Origin: Pirellula staleyi DSM 6068
GTDB taxonomy: Bacteria > Planctomycetota > Planctomycetia > Pirellulales > Pirellulaceae
Length of the DNA: 32,000 bases
Direction: 5' to 3'
Assembly (NCBI GenBank): GCA_000025185.1
Contig: CP001848.1
Location: forward strand, 6,164,200-6,196,199
Below are positions 1 to 7,903 of this stretch, in pieces. Positions within the stretch are counted from its first letter, which is position 1, and each line of letters starts with the position of its first letter. Both the position numbers and the translations under genes were made by a program. The notes under the pieces are model-generated. The model was not told the origin of the DNA and ran no database searches. It saw nothing but the letters and a program-made list of their open reading frames with translations.

Positions 1-45
1 TAACTAGCATTGACGCAAAGTACGACCTTTACATCGAACACTAAG

Positions 46-72
46 TTTGTCGGCTACGCTGTAGCCGACAAA
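46..72. repeat. REP-like perfect hairpin (12-bp arms TTTGTCGGCTAC / GTAGCCGACAAA, 3-nt loop GCT)
   Basis: Read directly: 46-57 is the exact reverse complement of 61-72. The core GTCGGCTA/TAGCCGAC recurs at 196-216. Confidence 0.6.
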
Positions 73-195
73 GAACACGCACTCCAATTGCAGCAGCTCG
101 TGATGGGCGCGAGGAGTATGGGGTGGTTTTGTGTGCAGCGCGAGTGCGTCAACGAGCCTATCGGATGGTGAGTGAGAATTGACCACTGAAAGAGT

Positions 196-216
196 GTCGG
201 CTACTCTTTAGCCGAC
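196..216. repeat. Second copy of the same hairpin core (8-bp arms GTCGGCTA / TAGCCGAC, 5-nt loop)
   Basis: Read directly: 196-203 is the reverse complement of 209-216. It has the same core as 46-72 and is followed by a ~45-nt pyrimidine-rich tract (227-270). Confidence 0.55.
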
Positions 217-269
217 CTAGAATTAGCCCTCTTCTCCCGCCTCTCGCCTCTTCCTCTCTGGCCCCTGCT

Positions 270-1643
270 CTACCGGCCAGGCTGTTTATCGAGGCCAAGG
301 CGTTTCATCTTTTTGTAGAGCGTGGTGCGGTTGATTCCCAGGGCGTCGGCGGTGGCGTTGCGATTCCACTGATGCATCTCGAGCACGTCGAGAATGATCG
401 CTCGCTCGGGACTTTCGAGTGCTTCTTTGAGCGCCTTGTTTCCAACGGGGTCGATCGACACGATCTGTCCCGAAGCGATGGCGGGTGTGAGATCTTCCAC
501 TTGCACTTTGGGGCCACGACCCAGCAGCACGGCGCGTTCGACTACGTTTTGCAGTTCACGTACGTTGCCGGGCCAGTTGTAGCGCTGCATGGCGGTAATC
601 ACGTCGTCGGAAAAGCCTTGCGAGCGTTTGCCCGACTCTTCACAAGTGCGCTGTAAAAAGTGATTGGCCAAGAGTGGAATATCGGCGATGCGTTCGCGTA
701 GTGGTGGCACTTCGATGTTGATCACATTCACGCGGTAGTACAAATCCTGCCGGAACCGGCCAGCTGCTACCGCTTGCTCGAGCTTCTCGTTCGTCGCGAG
801 AATCACGCGTGTATCGACGCGCTGCGTCTTCGTGCTACCAACGGGCTCGAACTCGAGCTCTTGCAGCACACGCAGCAATTTGACTTGCAGGCTGGCTGAA
901 GCGGTGCCGATTTCGTCGAGGAAGATGGTTCCCTTATCGGCCTGCGTGAACTTGCCGATCTTGTCGCCCGTGGCGCCGGTGAACGATCCGGCAGCATGAC
1001 CGAACAGTTCGCTTTCGAGGAGCGATTCGGGCATCGCGCCGCAGGCGACTTCTACGAATGCCTGATCGCGACGACTGCCGCGCCGATGAATGGCGCGAGC
1101 CAGCAGCGATTTGCCCGTTCCACTTTCGCCGGTGATCAGCACCGTGGCGCGGGTGTCGGCAATGCGTTCGACCATGTCGAACACTTTTTGCATGCGGTGT
1201 TCGTGACCGACGATGTTCTCGAGCCCGAAGCGGAGATCGAGTTGGGCCTTCAGCTGAACGTTCTCTTCGACCACCTTGCGCTGCGACAGAGCGCGCTCGA
1301 TCGAGAGGAGCAATTCTTCGTCGATGAGTGGTTTGGTGAGCAGGTCGAACGCCCCGGCGCGAAGCGCTTCGATGGCGGTGTCGACGGTGCCGTAGCCGGT
1401 GAGGAGAATTACCGACTGTTCGGGGCGATTTTTTCGACTGAACGCCAGGACGTCGAAGCCGTCGCCGTCGTCGAGACGGATATCAGAAAGGACGATATCG
1501 AATGCGCGATCGCGCATTTTGGCAATCGCTTCTTGGCAACTGGCAGCGGTTTCGACCTCCACATGCTGCTCGCGCAGCCAGAGCGCCATGCTTTCGAGCA
1601 GGTGTCGATCGTCGTCTACAAGCAAAATCGTGCTGTTCTTCAT
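270..1643 (-). CDS. Sigma-54-dependent response regulator (NtrC-family enhancer-binding protein: receiver + AAA+ + Fis-type HTH)
   Basis: The receiver domain shows ILLVDDD and [12 protein letters not shown]. The AAA+ domain has Walker A GESGTGKS, the sigma-54 contact loop GSFTGA (GAFTGA variant) and the ESELFGH block. The C-terminal HTH reads [23 protein letters not shown] chose the start at MKNSTILL (ATG 1643); ATG 1652 is an alternative. The ORF extension to 1739 is probably not translated. Confidence 0.95.
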   Translation of the reverse strand: MKNSTILLVDDDRHLLESMALWLREQHVEVETAASCQEAIAKMRDRAFDIVLSDIRLDDGDGFDVLAFSRKNRPEQSVILLTGYGTVDTAIEALRAGAFDLLTKPLIDEELLLSIERALSQRKVVEENVQLKAQLDLRFGLENIVGHEHRMQKVFDMVERIADTRATVLITGESGTGKSLLARAIHRRGSRRDQAFVEVACGAMPESLLESELFGHAAGSFTGATGDKIGKFTQADKGTIFLDEIGTASASLQVKLLRVLQELEFEPVGSTKTQRVDTRVILATNEKLEQAVAAGRFRQDLYYRVNVINIEVPPLRERIADIPLLANHFLQRTCEESGKRSQGFSDDVITAMQRYNWPGNVRELQNVVERAVLLGRGPKVQVEDLTPAIASGQIVSIDPVGNKALKEALESPERAIILDVLEMHQWNRNATADALGINRTTLYKKMKRLGLDKQPGR

Positions 1644-1968
1644 CCGCCCCATCCTCAAGATTTCGTGGCTGGTCGTGGTCGAGCCAATACCTCCAGGGAG
1701 GTAGGGTTGCAAACCGGACCGATGTGCGGTACACCGCACCTATGGGTAGTAAGACCTTGGACTAAGCGAGGAGGTTGGAGGCCCCAAAATCGGGCGTAAA
1801 CCTCGCTTCGAAGCATGGTCGCGAGCTAGCAGGAACGATGTGGTGTTCCGCCAACGCGTGCTCCCTACGGTTTATCTACGTCGCCAAATCGCAACGTCAA
1901 TTGTGGGCGTGGAGATTGTGAAGATGCGCACTGGAGAGGCACTCGCAGCCCCCCTACGCGATGGGAGT

Positions 1969-2025
1969 TTGCGTACGCAAGGTCTTGTTGGGTCAATGCT
2001 TGCGGCAGATTGCGGTATAACGCAA
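1969..2025. promoter_or_regulatory. Cluster of TTGCG/CGCAA inverted repeats in the 650-bp divergent regulator intergenic region
   Basis: TTGCGTACGCAA is a perfect 12-bp palindrome at 1969-1980. Further TTGCG copies lie at 2000-2004 and 2010-2014, the latter paired with CGCAA at 2021-2025 (6-nt spacer). The regulatory role is inferred. Confidence 0.3.
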
Positions 2026-2227
2026 ATTATTACAACTGTCGTTTATAGGCTTGCCGAATCCCCTCGAAAGGCTAGGATATACGAGTCGACGTGAGCTTGA
2101 TTTCTCGGTCAGAAGTCACCTAGTTTACGAACGCAAGGATTTTTCATAAAATTCCGCAGTCGCTCTTTCGGAATACATGCATCACTGGTTCTTCATGGAA
2201 CCGAAGATGCAGTAGTACGAAGTGCAA

Positions 2228-2250
2228 TCAATTTTCATGGTGAAAATTGA
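2228..2250. promoter_or_regulatory. Perfect 23-bp palindrome TCAATTTTCA-TGG-TGAAAATTGA upstream of the NarL-type regulator
   Basis: Read directly: 10-bp arms, 3-bp spacer, in an AT-rich patch 43-65 nt upstream of ATG 2293. The operator or hairpin role is inferred. Confidence 0.35.
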
Positions 2251-2292
2251 TACTCATCCAAGGTGGATGAGGCGGAACACGAAAGGCATTCC

Positions 2293-2925
2293 ATGACAAT
2301 TAGTTTGTTGGTCGCTGATGATCACGAAGTGGTGCGTGCCGGCGTTGCAGCGATGCTGCTAGGCTCGGACGTCAAAGTGATTGCCGAAGCTACCTCCGGC
2401 AACCAGGCGATCGAACAAGCGATGAAGCTGCGCCCCGATGTGGTGCTGCTCGATGTCCGCTTGCCTGAAACCGATGGCCTGGAAGCGCTGGAGCGGATTC
2501 TCGATCGCTCGCCACAAACCAAAGTGGTGATGTTCACCGCTTACGATAACCCCACCTACATCGCCCGGGCTGTCGCCCTGGGAGCTGCTGGCTTCCTGAT
2601 GAAGGGCTCGACGAAAGCCGATGTCCTCTCGGCCATTACGCGGGCTCACACCGGTCTTCCACCGGAAAATGAAAGCCTGATGGGTCGCGTCCGTAACACG
2701 ATGGCTCGCCGTCGCCCCACTTACGACGAAGAAATTCCACTCACCAACCGTGAAGTGCAGGTTCTTCGCCATGTGGCGCTCGGTTTGTCGAATCGCGAAA
2801 TCGGACGCTCGCTCGATATCAGCATCGAAACCGTGAAGGAACATGTGCAAAACATCCTTCGCAAACTCGAAGCTGGCGACCGCACTGAAGCCGCCGTCTG
2901 GGCCGTGAAGAAGGGCCTCGTTTAA
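2293..2925 (+). CDS. NarL/LuxR (FixJ)-family response regulator (receiver + GerE-type HTH)
   Basis: The receiver domain shows LLVADDH, VVLLDVRLPETDG and the MFTAYD/LMKG blocks. The C-terminal LuxR HTH reads LTNREVQVLRHVALGLSNREIGRSLDISIETVKEHVQNILRKL. ATG 2293 is preceded by GAAAGG. An in-frame GTG at 2263 is an alternative start. Confidence 0.93.
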   Translation: MTISLLVADDHEVVRAGVAAMLLGSDVKVIAEATSGNQAIEQAMKLRPDVVLLDVRLPETDGLEALERILDRSPQTKVVMFTAYDNPTYIARAVALGAAGFLMKGSTKADVLSAITRAHTGLPPENESLMGRVRNTMARRRPTYDEEIPLTNREVQVLRHVALGLSNREIGRSLDISIETVKEHVQNILRKLEAGDRTEAAVWAVKKGLV

Positions 2926-3041
2926 GTCGCTTGGGATTAGTTGTTAAGCCTGAGCCGTTCCTGATTTAGCAGGCACCTGACTGACGCTTCGGTACTGACC
3001 GCAGCAGACAATGCGGCGGCAAGCATCCGCCTCCTAATACT

Positions 3042-3100
3042 AAAAAGCCCTTGAGTAACTAGCGATTAGCTACGACTCGAGGGCTTTTTCTTTTTCTTGC
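3042..3100 (+). terminator. Rho-independent terminator candidate downstream of the NarL-type regulator
   Basis: Stem GCCCTTGAGT (3047-3056) pairs with ACTCGAGGGC (3075-3084) with one G-U wobble. It is flanked by an A-run on the left and followed by TTTTTCTTTTTCTT. Confidence 0.6.
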
Positions 3101-3195
3101 TCACTGCAGGTCCGCTCGCGCCAAAGCGGCGCTGATTCCGCAAGCTCTAGTCCCCGAACTTGACTTACCTAGCGCGCCCTTGTATTTTACCACCT

Positions 3196-3236
3196 AGTTA
3201 AATAACCATCTGGTTAATTAACCAGTGAGTTAAATA
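3196..3236. promoter_or_regulatory. Probable ArsR-type operator: 16-bp perfect palindrome CTGGTTAATTAACCAG flanked by direct repeats AGTTAAATA
   Basis: The palindrome lies at 3210-3225. AGTTAAATA occurs at 3196-3204 and 3228-3236. The site is AT-rich and sits 32-72 nt upstream of the ArsR start codon (3268). ArsR/SmtB repressors classically bind AT-rich inverted repeats in their own promoters. Confidence 0.45.
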
Positions 3237-3267
3237 CCGATAGGCACTGCCAGGCCAAGGTGAAACG

Positions 3268-3642
3268 ATGCCGAGCGACACCCTCAGTTTGACGTTTGCA
3301 GCCCTTGCCGATCCAACTCGCCGGGCCATCTTGGCGCGGCTGAAGTCTGGCAAACAGTCGGTTGGCGACCTCGCGCGCCCCTTCAAAATGAGCCTCCCCG
3401 CGATCTCCAAGCATCTGAAAGTGCTCGAGAAATCGGGACTCATCACCCGCGATCACGAGGCGCAGTTTCGTCGCTGTCAGCTGCGCACCAAACCGCTCGA
3501 ACAGGTGTCGGCCTGGATCCAGTCGTATCAGCAGCACTGGGAAGAGAGCTTCGAGAGGCTGGAAATTTTTCTCACCGATGCGACGCCCCAGCCAACTGCC
3601 TCGTCCCCCAAGAAAGGAAACAAGAATGTCCGCAAAAAATAG
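3268..3642 (+). CDS. ArsR/SmtB-family transcriptional regulator
   Basis: Family signatures: LADPTRRAILARL followed by the wHTH DLARPFKMSLPAISKHLKVLEKSGLI. Confidence 0.92.
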   Translation: MPSDTLSLTFAALADPTRRAILARLKSGKQSVGDLARPFKMSLPAISKHLKVLEKSGLITRDHEAQFRRCQLRTKPLEQVSAWIQSYQQHWEESFERLEIFLTDATPQPTASSPKKGNKNVRKK

Positions 3643-4126
3643 CCCTGCCAGCGGCGAAGTGCTGATCACGCGCGATTTCTCGGTCGCTTGCGATCGCCTG
3701 TTCGAAGCGTGGTCGAGCCGCGAGAATCTGGTCCGATGGTTTGCCCCTACTGGATGCGAGATCGCCTTTCGGAAATTCGATTTCACCGTTGGTGGCACCT
3801 ATCTCTCGTGCATCAGCGTGCCGGCTAATGGTTTTGAATGCTGGTGCGTGGGTACCTATCTCGAGATTGTTCCGGGGCGGCGCATCGCTTACACCATGGC
3901 GGTTGCCGACGAAGCGGGAAACATCGCCGACCCGATTGCCAAGGGAATGGACCCCGCGTGGCCGCAGCAAACGATCGTGACGATCACCTTCGAGCCGATC
4001 GCAGGCGGAACGCGTCTGACGCTGCACCAAACGGTCGATGAAGCGCTGGCCAAGAAGACGGGGGCTCATCCAAGCTGGCTGTCGATGCTCGAGAACCTGT
4101 CGGATCTAGTCGCCGCGCGAAGCTAG
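3626..4126 (+). CDS. SRPBCC-superfamily protein (AHSA1/START-like), co-transcribed with ArsR
   Basis: The N-terminal block ITRDFSVACDRLFEAWSSRENLVRWFAP is typical of AHSA1-like SRPBCC proteins. ATG 3626 overlaps the ArsR stop by 17 nt. The ArsR+SRPBCC pairing is common. Confidence 0.85.
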   Translation: MSAKNSPASGEVLITRDFSVACDRLFEAWSSRENLVRWFAPTGCEIAFRKFDFTVGGTYLSCISVPANGFECWCVGTYLEIVPGRRIAYTMAVADEAGNIADPIAKGMDPAWPQQTIVTITFEPIAGGTRLTLHQTVDEALAKKTGAHPSWLSMLENLSDLVAARS

Positions 4127-4276
4127 AACTGCTGGCAGGCCTGCACCACTTTCTCGCGCACACTCCCCTTCCACTTTGCCGCGCCGTAAGATGGAAGGAC
4201 GTTGCAAGCGCGCTGAAGGTCGGCCCGCTCGACGCAACGAAGCGAGCAGCGCAGCCTCCACAGGATTAGCGGCGAT

Positions 4277-5149
4277 ATGGGCTATCAGGATCGCGACTAC
4301 ATTCGCGATGAAACTCCGTATGGAGGTGGACTCGCCAACTTCAGCGCCACAGTGCAGCTGATGATCGTTTGTGGCGTGATCTACCTCGCGGACTTGCTCA
4401 CCACCTCGAACGGGAAGCACTACATTTCCGACACCCTGTCGGTGAACGCAACTTCGTTTCTCCATCCCCTCGAGTGGTGGAAATTCCTGACAGCAGGTTT
4501 TGTCCACAGTGCTCGTCCGTCCCACATCATTGGGAACATGATCGGGCTCTACTTTTTTGGAACCGCGATCGAAGGACGTTCCGGACGCTGGGAATTCCTC
4601 CGCTTCTACCTCCTGGCGATTGTCTTCAGCTCGATCTTTTGGTGCGTCACCGAGTACTACTTTGGAAATCCACTTTCCACCGCACGTGGAGCCTCGGGTG
4701 GTGTCACGGCAGTCGTCATTCTCTACTGCTTGCTCTACCCGCGTAGCACCATTCTGCTGATGATGTTCATCCCAATGCCTGCCTGGCTCGCCGGCATTTT
4801 GATCATCGGCGGCGATGTGTTGCAGCTGCAAAATCAAGGGGCGAACATCGCCTTCACCGCCCACATTGGCGGCGCTCTGTTTGCGCTCGCCTACTGGTCG
4901 CTGGGGATCAATTTGGGGCGTTTTTGGCCGGTGGAGAAGGCTCGCGAGTTGCTGTCGCGGGTCACCAGTTCGCGCCGCAATTCGCCCGACCTGCGTATCC
5001 ACGATCCCGAGCAGTATTACGACGATCTTGACGCCGAGGCCGACCGCGTGCTCGAAAAACTGCACCGCGATGGCGAATCGAGCCTCTCACCGCGCGAGCG
5101 CCGCGTCCTCGAAGACTATGCCCGCCGCATGCGCCAAAAACTACGCTAG
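4277..5149 (+). CDS. Rhomboid-family intramembrane serine protease with a charged C-terminal tail
   Basis: Motifs: EWWKFLTAGFVH (WR-type L1 motif), HIIGNM (H..N), the catalytic GASGG and AHIGG. Multiple hydrophobic helices are present. Confidence 0.9.
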   Translation: MGYQDRDYIRDETPYGGGLANFSATVQLMIVCGVIYLADLLTTSNGKHYISDTLSVNATSFLHPLEWWKFLTAGFVHSARPSHIIGNMIGLYFFGTAIEGRSGRWEFLRFYLLAIVFSSIFWCVTEYYFGNPLSTARGASGGVTAVVILYCLLYPRSTILLMMFIPMPAWLAGILIIGGDVLQLQNQGANIAFTAHIGGALFALAYWSLGINLGRFWPVEKARELLSRVTSSRRNSPDLRIHDPEQYYDDLDAEADRVLEKLHRDGESSLSPRERRVLEDYARRMRQKLR

Positions 5150-5324
5150 GTGTCGACCAATCAAGCGCTCTCGGGCGGCTTCTCCGTTGGTATTGCTGAC
5201 CTGTTTAGCAGCGCGAGAGCTCGCAGCAGGCCACACCTTTTACCGGTAGTTCTGTCGCCGCGATCCGCTCCCCAGGACTTCTCACGCACTCGCTCCAAGA
5301 CCATGCTGCTTGGAGCCCACGCAC

Positions 5325-5363
5325 GAAAAAAGCTCTGGAGAGGAGGCAGGCCTCTGCAGAGCT
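5325..5363 (-). terminator. Rho-independent terminator candidate for the NRDE-like gene
   Basis: A 13-bp stem AGCTCTGGAGAGG (5331-5343) pairs with CCTCTGCAGAGCT (5351-5363) with one mismatch and a 7-nt loop. On the minus strand it is followed by TTTTTT (complement of 5326-5331). Confidence 0.5.
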
Positions 5364-5426
5364 TCTGTTCGATAACTTCGTTCGACGAGGACGATTCCGT
5401 CGATCACCCAAGGGGGGAGCGACAAA

Positions 5427-6200
5427 TTACGCTTTAGCGCGGGTGCGCGATTCGCGGAGACCGCGGCTGAGGATGTCTCGCAGCAGTGGCGAGTAATCTT
5501 CGTAGCGTGCGGTGTCGGGAGCCGAGCTGGCGTATTGAAAAATCGCGTCGCGGGGCTTTTTGCCGAGGGCAATCAGCGTGCTGCTGACCGTTCCACGTTC
5601 CTTGCCACGCACCACCATGCCAGGCCGTTCGGGACCAGCTGGGGGACGAGCAAAGGCTTTGCTGGCCACCGCCAGGAATTTCACAGCTGAGTCGAGCGTT
5701 TGCAGTGTCAGGAGCCGGCGAGCCAGCTTCTGTCGTTCATCCTTGGGATCGTTCACATCACCATTGCTGATGATATTGAGCCCTTCGATCAGTTCCACTA
5801 CCTCAGGATCGTCACCACCATGGACCGCCCACCCCGACTCGAAGTCGGCGACGATGAAGTTCACGCCGTCATACTTGTTGCCGGAGAGTTCTTCCATGGC
5901 GATATCGACCGCTTGTCGCGCTGAATTAGCACGGAGCATCTCGCGGCATAGAACACCACGCGAACGTGGCGATGCCGGAATGCCGAGCTTCATGCGATTG
6001 CTCGCGCCGACAAACAGTCCGTTTTGATTGACCCCCAACCACGTGCCGCCAGCTTTGGCGTCGACTCCGGAGAGGACGCGAGGCTTACCGGGTTGGATCG
6101 AGGGTACGAGCGAAGTGCGGTCGTACGCCTCTTCGCGATTGGCTGCCACAAGAATGGGAGCCTCGGAAACACTTCGATACTGAATTGCCAGAAGGCACAT
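5427..6200 (-). CDS. NRDE/TANGO2-like (DUF833) protein
   Basis: The protein starts MCLLAIQY and has ANREE (NRDE-motif variant) followed by GGTWLG, typical of the family. I chose the start at ATG 6200. The 80 upstream codons of the ORF do not look coding. Confidence 0.8.
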   Translation of the reverse strand: MCLLAIQYRSVSEAPILVAANREEAYDRTSLVPSIQPGKPRVLSGVDAKAGGTWLGVNQNGLFVGASNRMKLGIPASPRSRGVLCREMLRANSARQAVDIAMEELSGNKYDGVNFIVADFESGWAVHGGDDPEVVELIEGLNIISNGDVNDPKDERQKLARRLLTLQTLDSAVKFLAVASKAFARPPAGPERPGMVVRGKERGTVSSTLIALGKKPRDAIFQYASSAPDTARYEDYSPLLRDILSRGLRESRTRAKA

Positions 6201-6622
6201 AAATCTATATTCTGTCGCTAGTTGCAGCCCAGCGATCTGGCTCCCAAGCCCGAGCGCCCTGGCCGTCTTTGGTTCTTTAGCAATGTATCGAAACCGGACC
6301 TGGGGGGACACCCTCTTTTGGGTGGAACTCGGGAAATATTTCACAGTTCCACTTTGCCCGTGTTCGCCCCGCTCACCAGTTTCCCTAGGCCGCAAGACCT
6401 GCGAAACTACAAACACCTCAGCGTAAACCACGCCCGCCAATCAACTTCCAGCTTGGAGCAAGCGATTTTCACCTTAGCTAGCGGTACTCCCCGAACTGCC
6501 AGCTCGCGAGGGAAAATTCTTCCCCCTACAATCAACCGCCGTTGATCCACACGCGCGACATTTGGACACCTCTGGCCCCCAATTCACCCAACCTCTCCAT
6601 TTCAGTCGAGGAAGATCGCAGT

Positions 6623-7744
6623 ATGAAGGACCATTCCGACAAGCAACCGGTTCGCATCGCCATCGTCGGTGCCGGAGCGGTGAGCGACTACCACCACGTC
6701 CCTGCCATTCGGATGGACTCCCGTGCCACCTTGGTGGCTGTCTGCGATAGCAGCCAAGCGCTCCTCGATCAGCGCAAAAACGACTGGGGCTGTGAGAAGG
6801 TAACTACCGATTTCGAAGCAGTTTGCGCCGATCCCGAAGTCGATGCCGTGATCATCGCCACCCCCAACTTCACCCACCATGCGATCTCGGTGGCAGCCGC
6901 CAAGCATGGCAAGCATGTGATGTGCGAAAAGCCGCTGGGGCTCAACGCCGGTGAAGTCCGGCAGATGTACCACGCTTGCCGCGACGCCGGTGTCGTGCAC
7001 ATGACGGCATTCACCTATCGTTTTGCGCCGTCGATGCGCTATCTCCGCTTTCTCGTTAAATCGGGCGCTCTGGGAGAGCCTCGTCACTTCCGCAGCCAGC
7101 GCTTTCTCGACTGGCCTGAGACGAGTTGGGGCTGGCGGCAGTACAAAAACACCGCTGGTGCCGGCGATCTGTTCGACATGACGATCCACCGCATCGATTT
7201 CGCGATCGACCTGCTGGGACCCATCAAGTCGCTGTCGGGAGCTGTGGCTCAGTTCGTCCCCCGGACGAAGTTCCCCGATGGACGCGACTGCGCCCCCTCC
7301 GAGGTCGATGACTGGTCGAGCCTGATTGGCGAGTTCGAGTCGGGTGCCGTCGGCGTTTGGGAAGGAACCACGCTCGCCAAAGGCTATGGCTTCAAAGGCT
7401 TTGGGCACGAATGGGCCGAGATCAACGGCAGCGAAGGGTCGGCCGTCTATCGCCTCCACATGCCCAATCAGCTGATGATGGGGAAGACCGGCCACGATCT
7501 GGCGCCGGTGGATGTTCCGGCCGAATTCCTCAAACCAGCTGGCTCGCCACGCGATCCAGCGGTGGGAGAACCTGCCACCGTGTTCCGCTACGATCTGGTT
7601 TATGAGTTCGTCAGCGCGATCTGCGAGAAGCGTCAGGCGGTACCCAGCTTCTACGACGGTCTCCGCGCCCAGGTGATCGCCGACACGGTGCTGCAATCGC
7701 ACGCCGAGCGACGCTGGATCGACATCCCAGCGGAACCGCTGTAA
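6623..7744 (+). CDS. Gfo/Idh/MocA-family NAD(P)-dependent oxidoreductase
   Basis: N-terminal Rossmann motif VRIAIVGAGAVSDYH and the family EKP motif (HVMCEKPLG). ATG 6623 is preceded by GAGGAAG. The ORF's TTG at 6542 is unlikely to be the start. Confidence 0.9.
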   Translation: MKDHSDKQPVRIAIVGAGAVSDYHHVPAIRMDSRATLVAVCDSSQALLDQRKNDWGCEKVTTDFEAVCADPEVDAVIIATPNFTHHAISVAAAKHGKHVMCEKPLGLNAGEVRQMYHACRDAGVVHMTAFTYRFAPSMRYLRFLVKSGALGEPRHFRSQRFLDWPETSWGWRQYKNTAGAGDLFDMTIHRIDFAIDLLGPIKSLSGAVAQFVPRTKFPDGRDCAPSEVDDWSSLIGEFESGAVGVWEGTTLAKGYGFKGFGHEWAEINGSEGSAVYRLHMPNQLMMGKTGHDLAPVDVPAEFLKPAGSPRDPAVGEPATVFRYDLVYEFVSAICEKRQAVPSFYDGLRAQVIADTVLQSHAERRWIDIPAEPL

Positions 7745-7903
7745 CGGTTCCCCGCCACCCTCGTTTCCACCGCGATCCACCTATCGCCGAACGGCTCGCG
7801 GGACGATACGATTTTCAGTGGACTAGCTTGTTTCGCGGGGAATTTGCTTCACCATTCAGAGACCGGCTCGCAAACTCCCCATTCTCTCCTCAAGATCGCC
7901 GCT

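Noticed and set aside
4-186. 60-aa ORF on the minus strand at the left edge.
   Set aside because: It runs through the REP-like hairpin, which it translates as VGYSVADK. It has no start context or motif, so it is probably a repeat-element artefact.
1840-2094. 84-aa plus-strand ORF (or a 56-aa version from ATG 1924 with GGAG 9 nt upstream) in the regulator spacer.
   Set aside because: It uses rare-looking codons (ATA, AGG, CTA), has no motif, and its sequence is dominated by the palindromes. A small protein is not excluded, but it is unsupported.
6602-7780. Long antisense ORFs opposite well-supported genes. Examples: 6602-7780(-), 7856-8956(-), 9690-10607(-), 996-1799(+), 4106-5065(-), 15258-16217(+), 23099-23908(-), 26716-27573(-), 12894-13451(+).
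   Set aside because: They are typical shadow ORFs of GC-rich DNA. Their translations are Arg/Gly/His-rich with no motifs, and each lies opposite a gene with unambiguous catalytic signatures.
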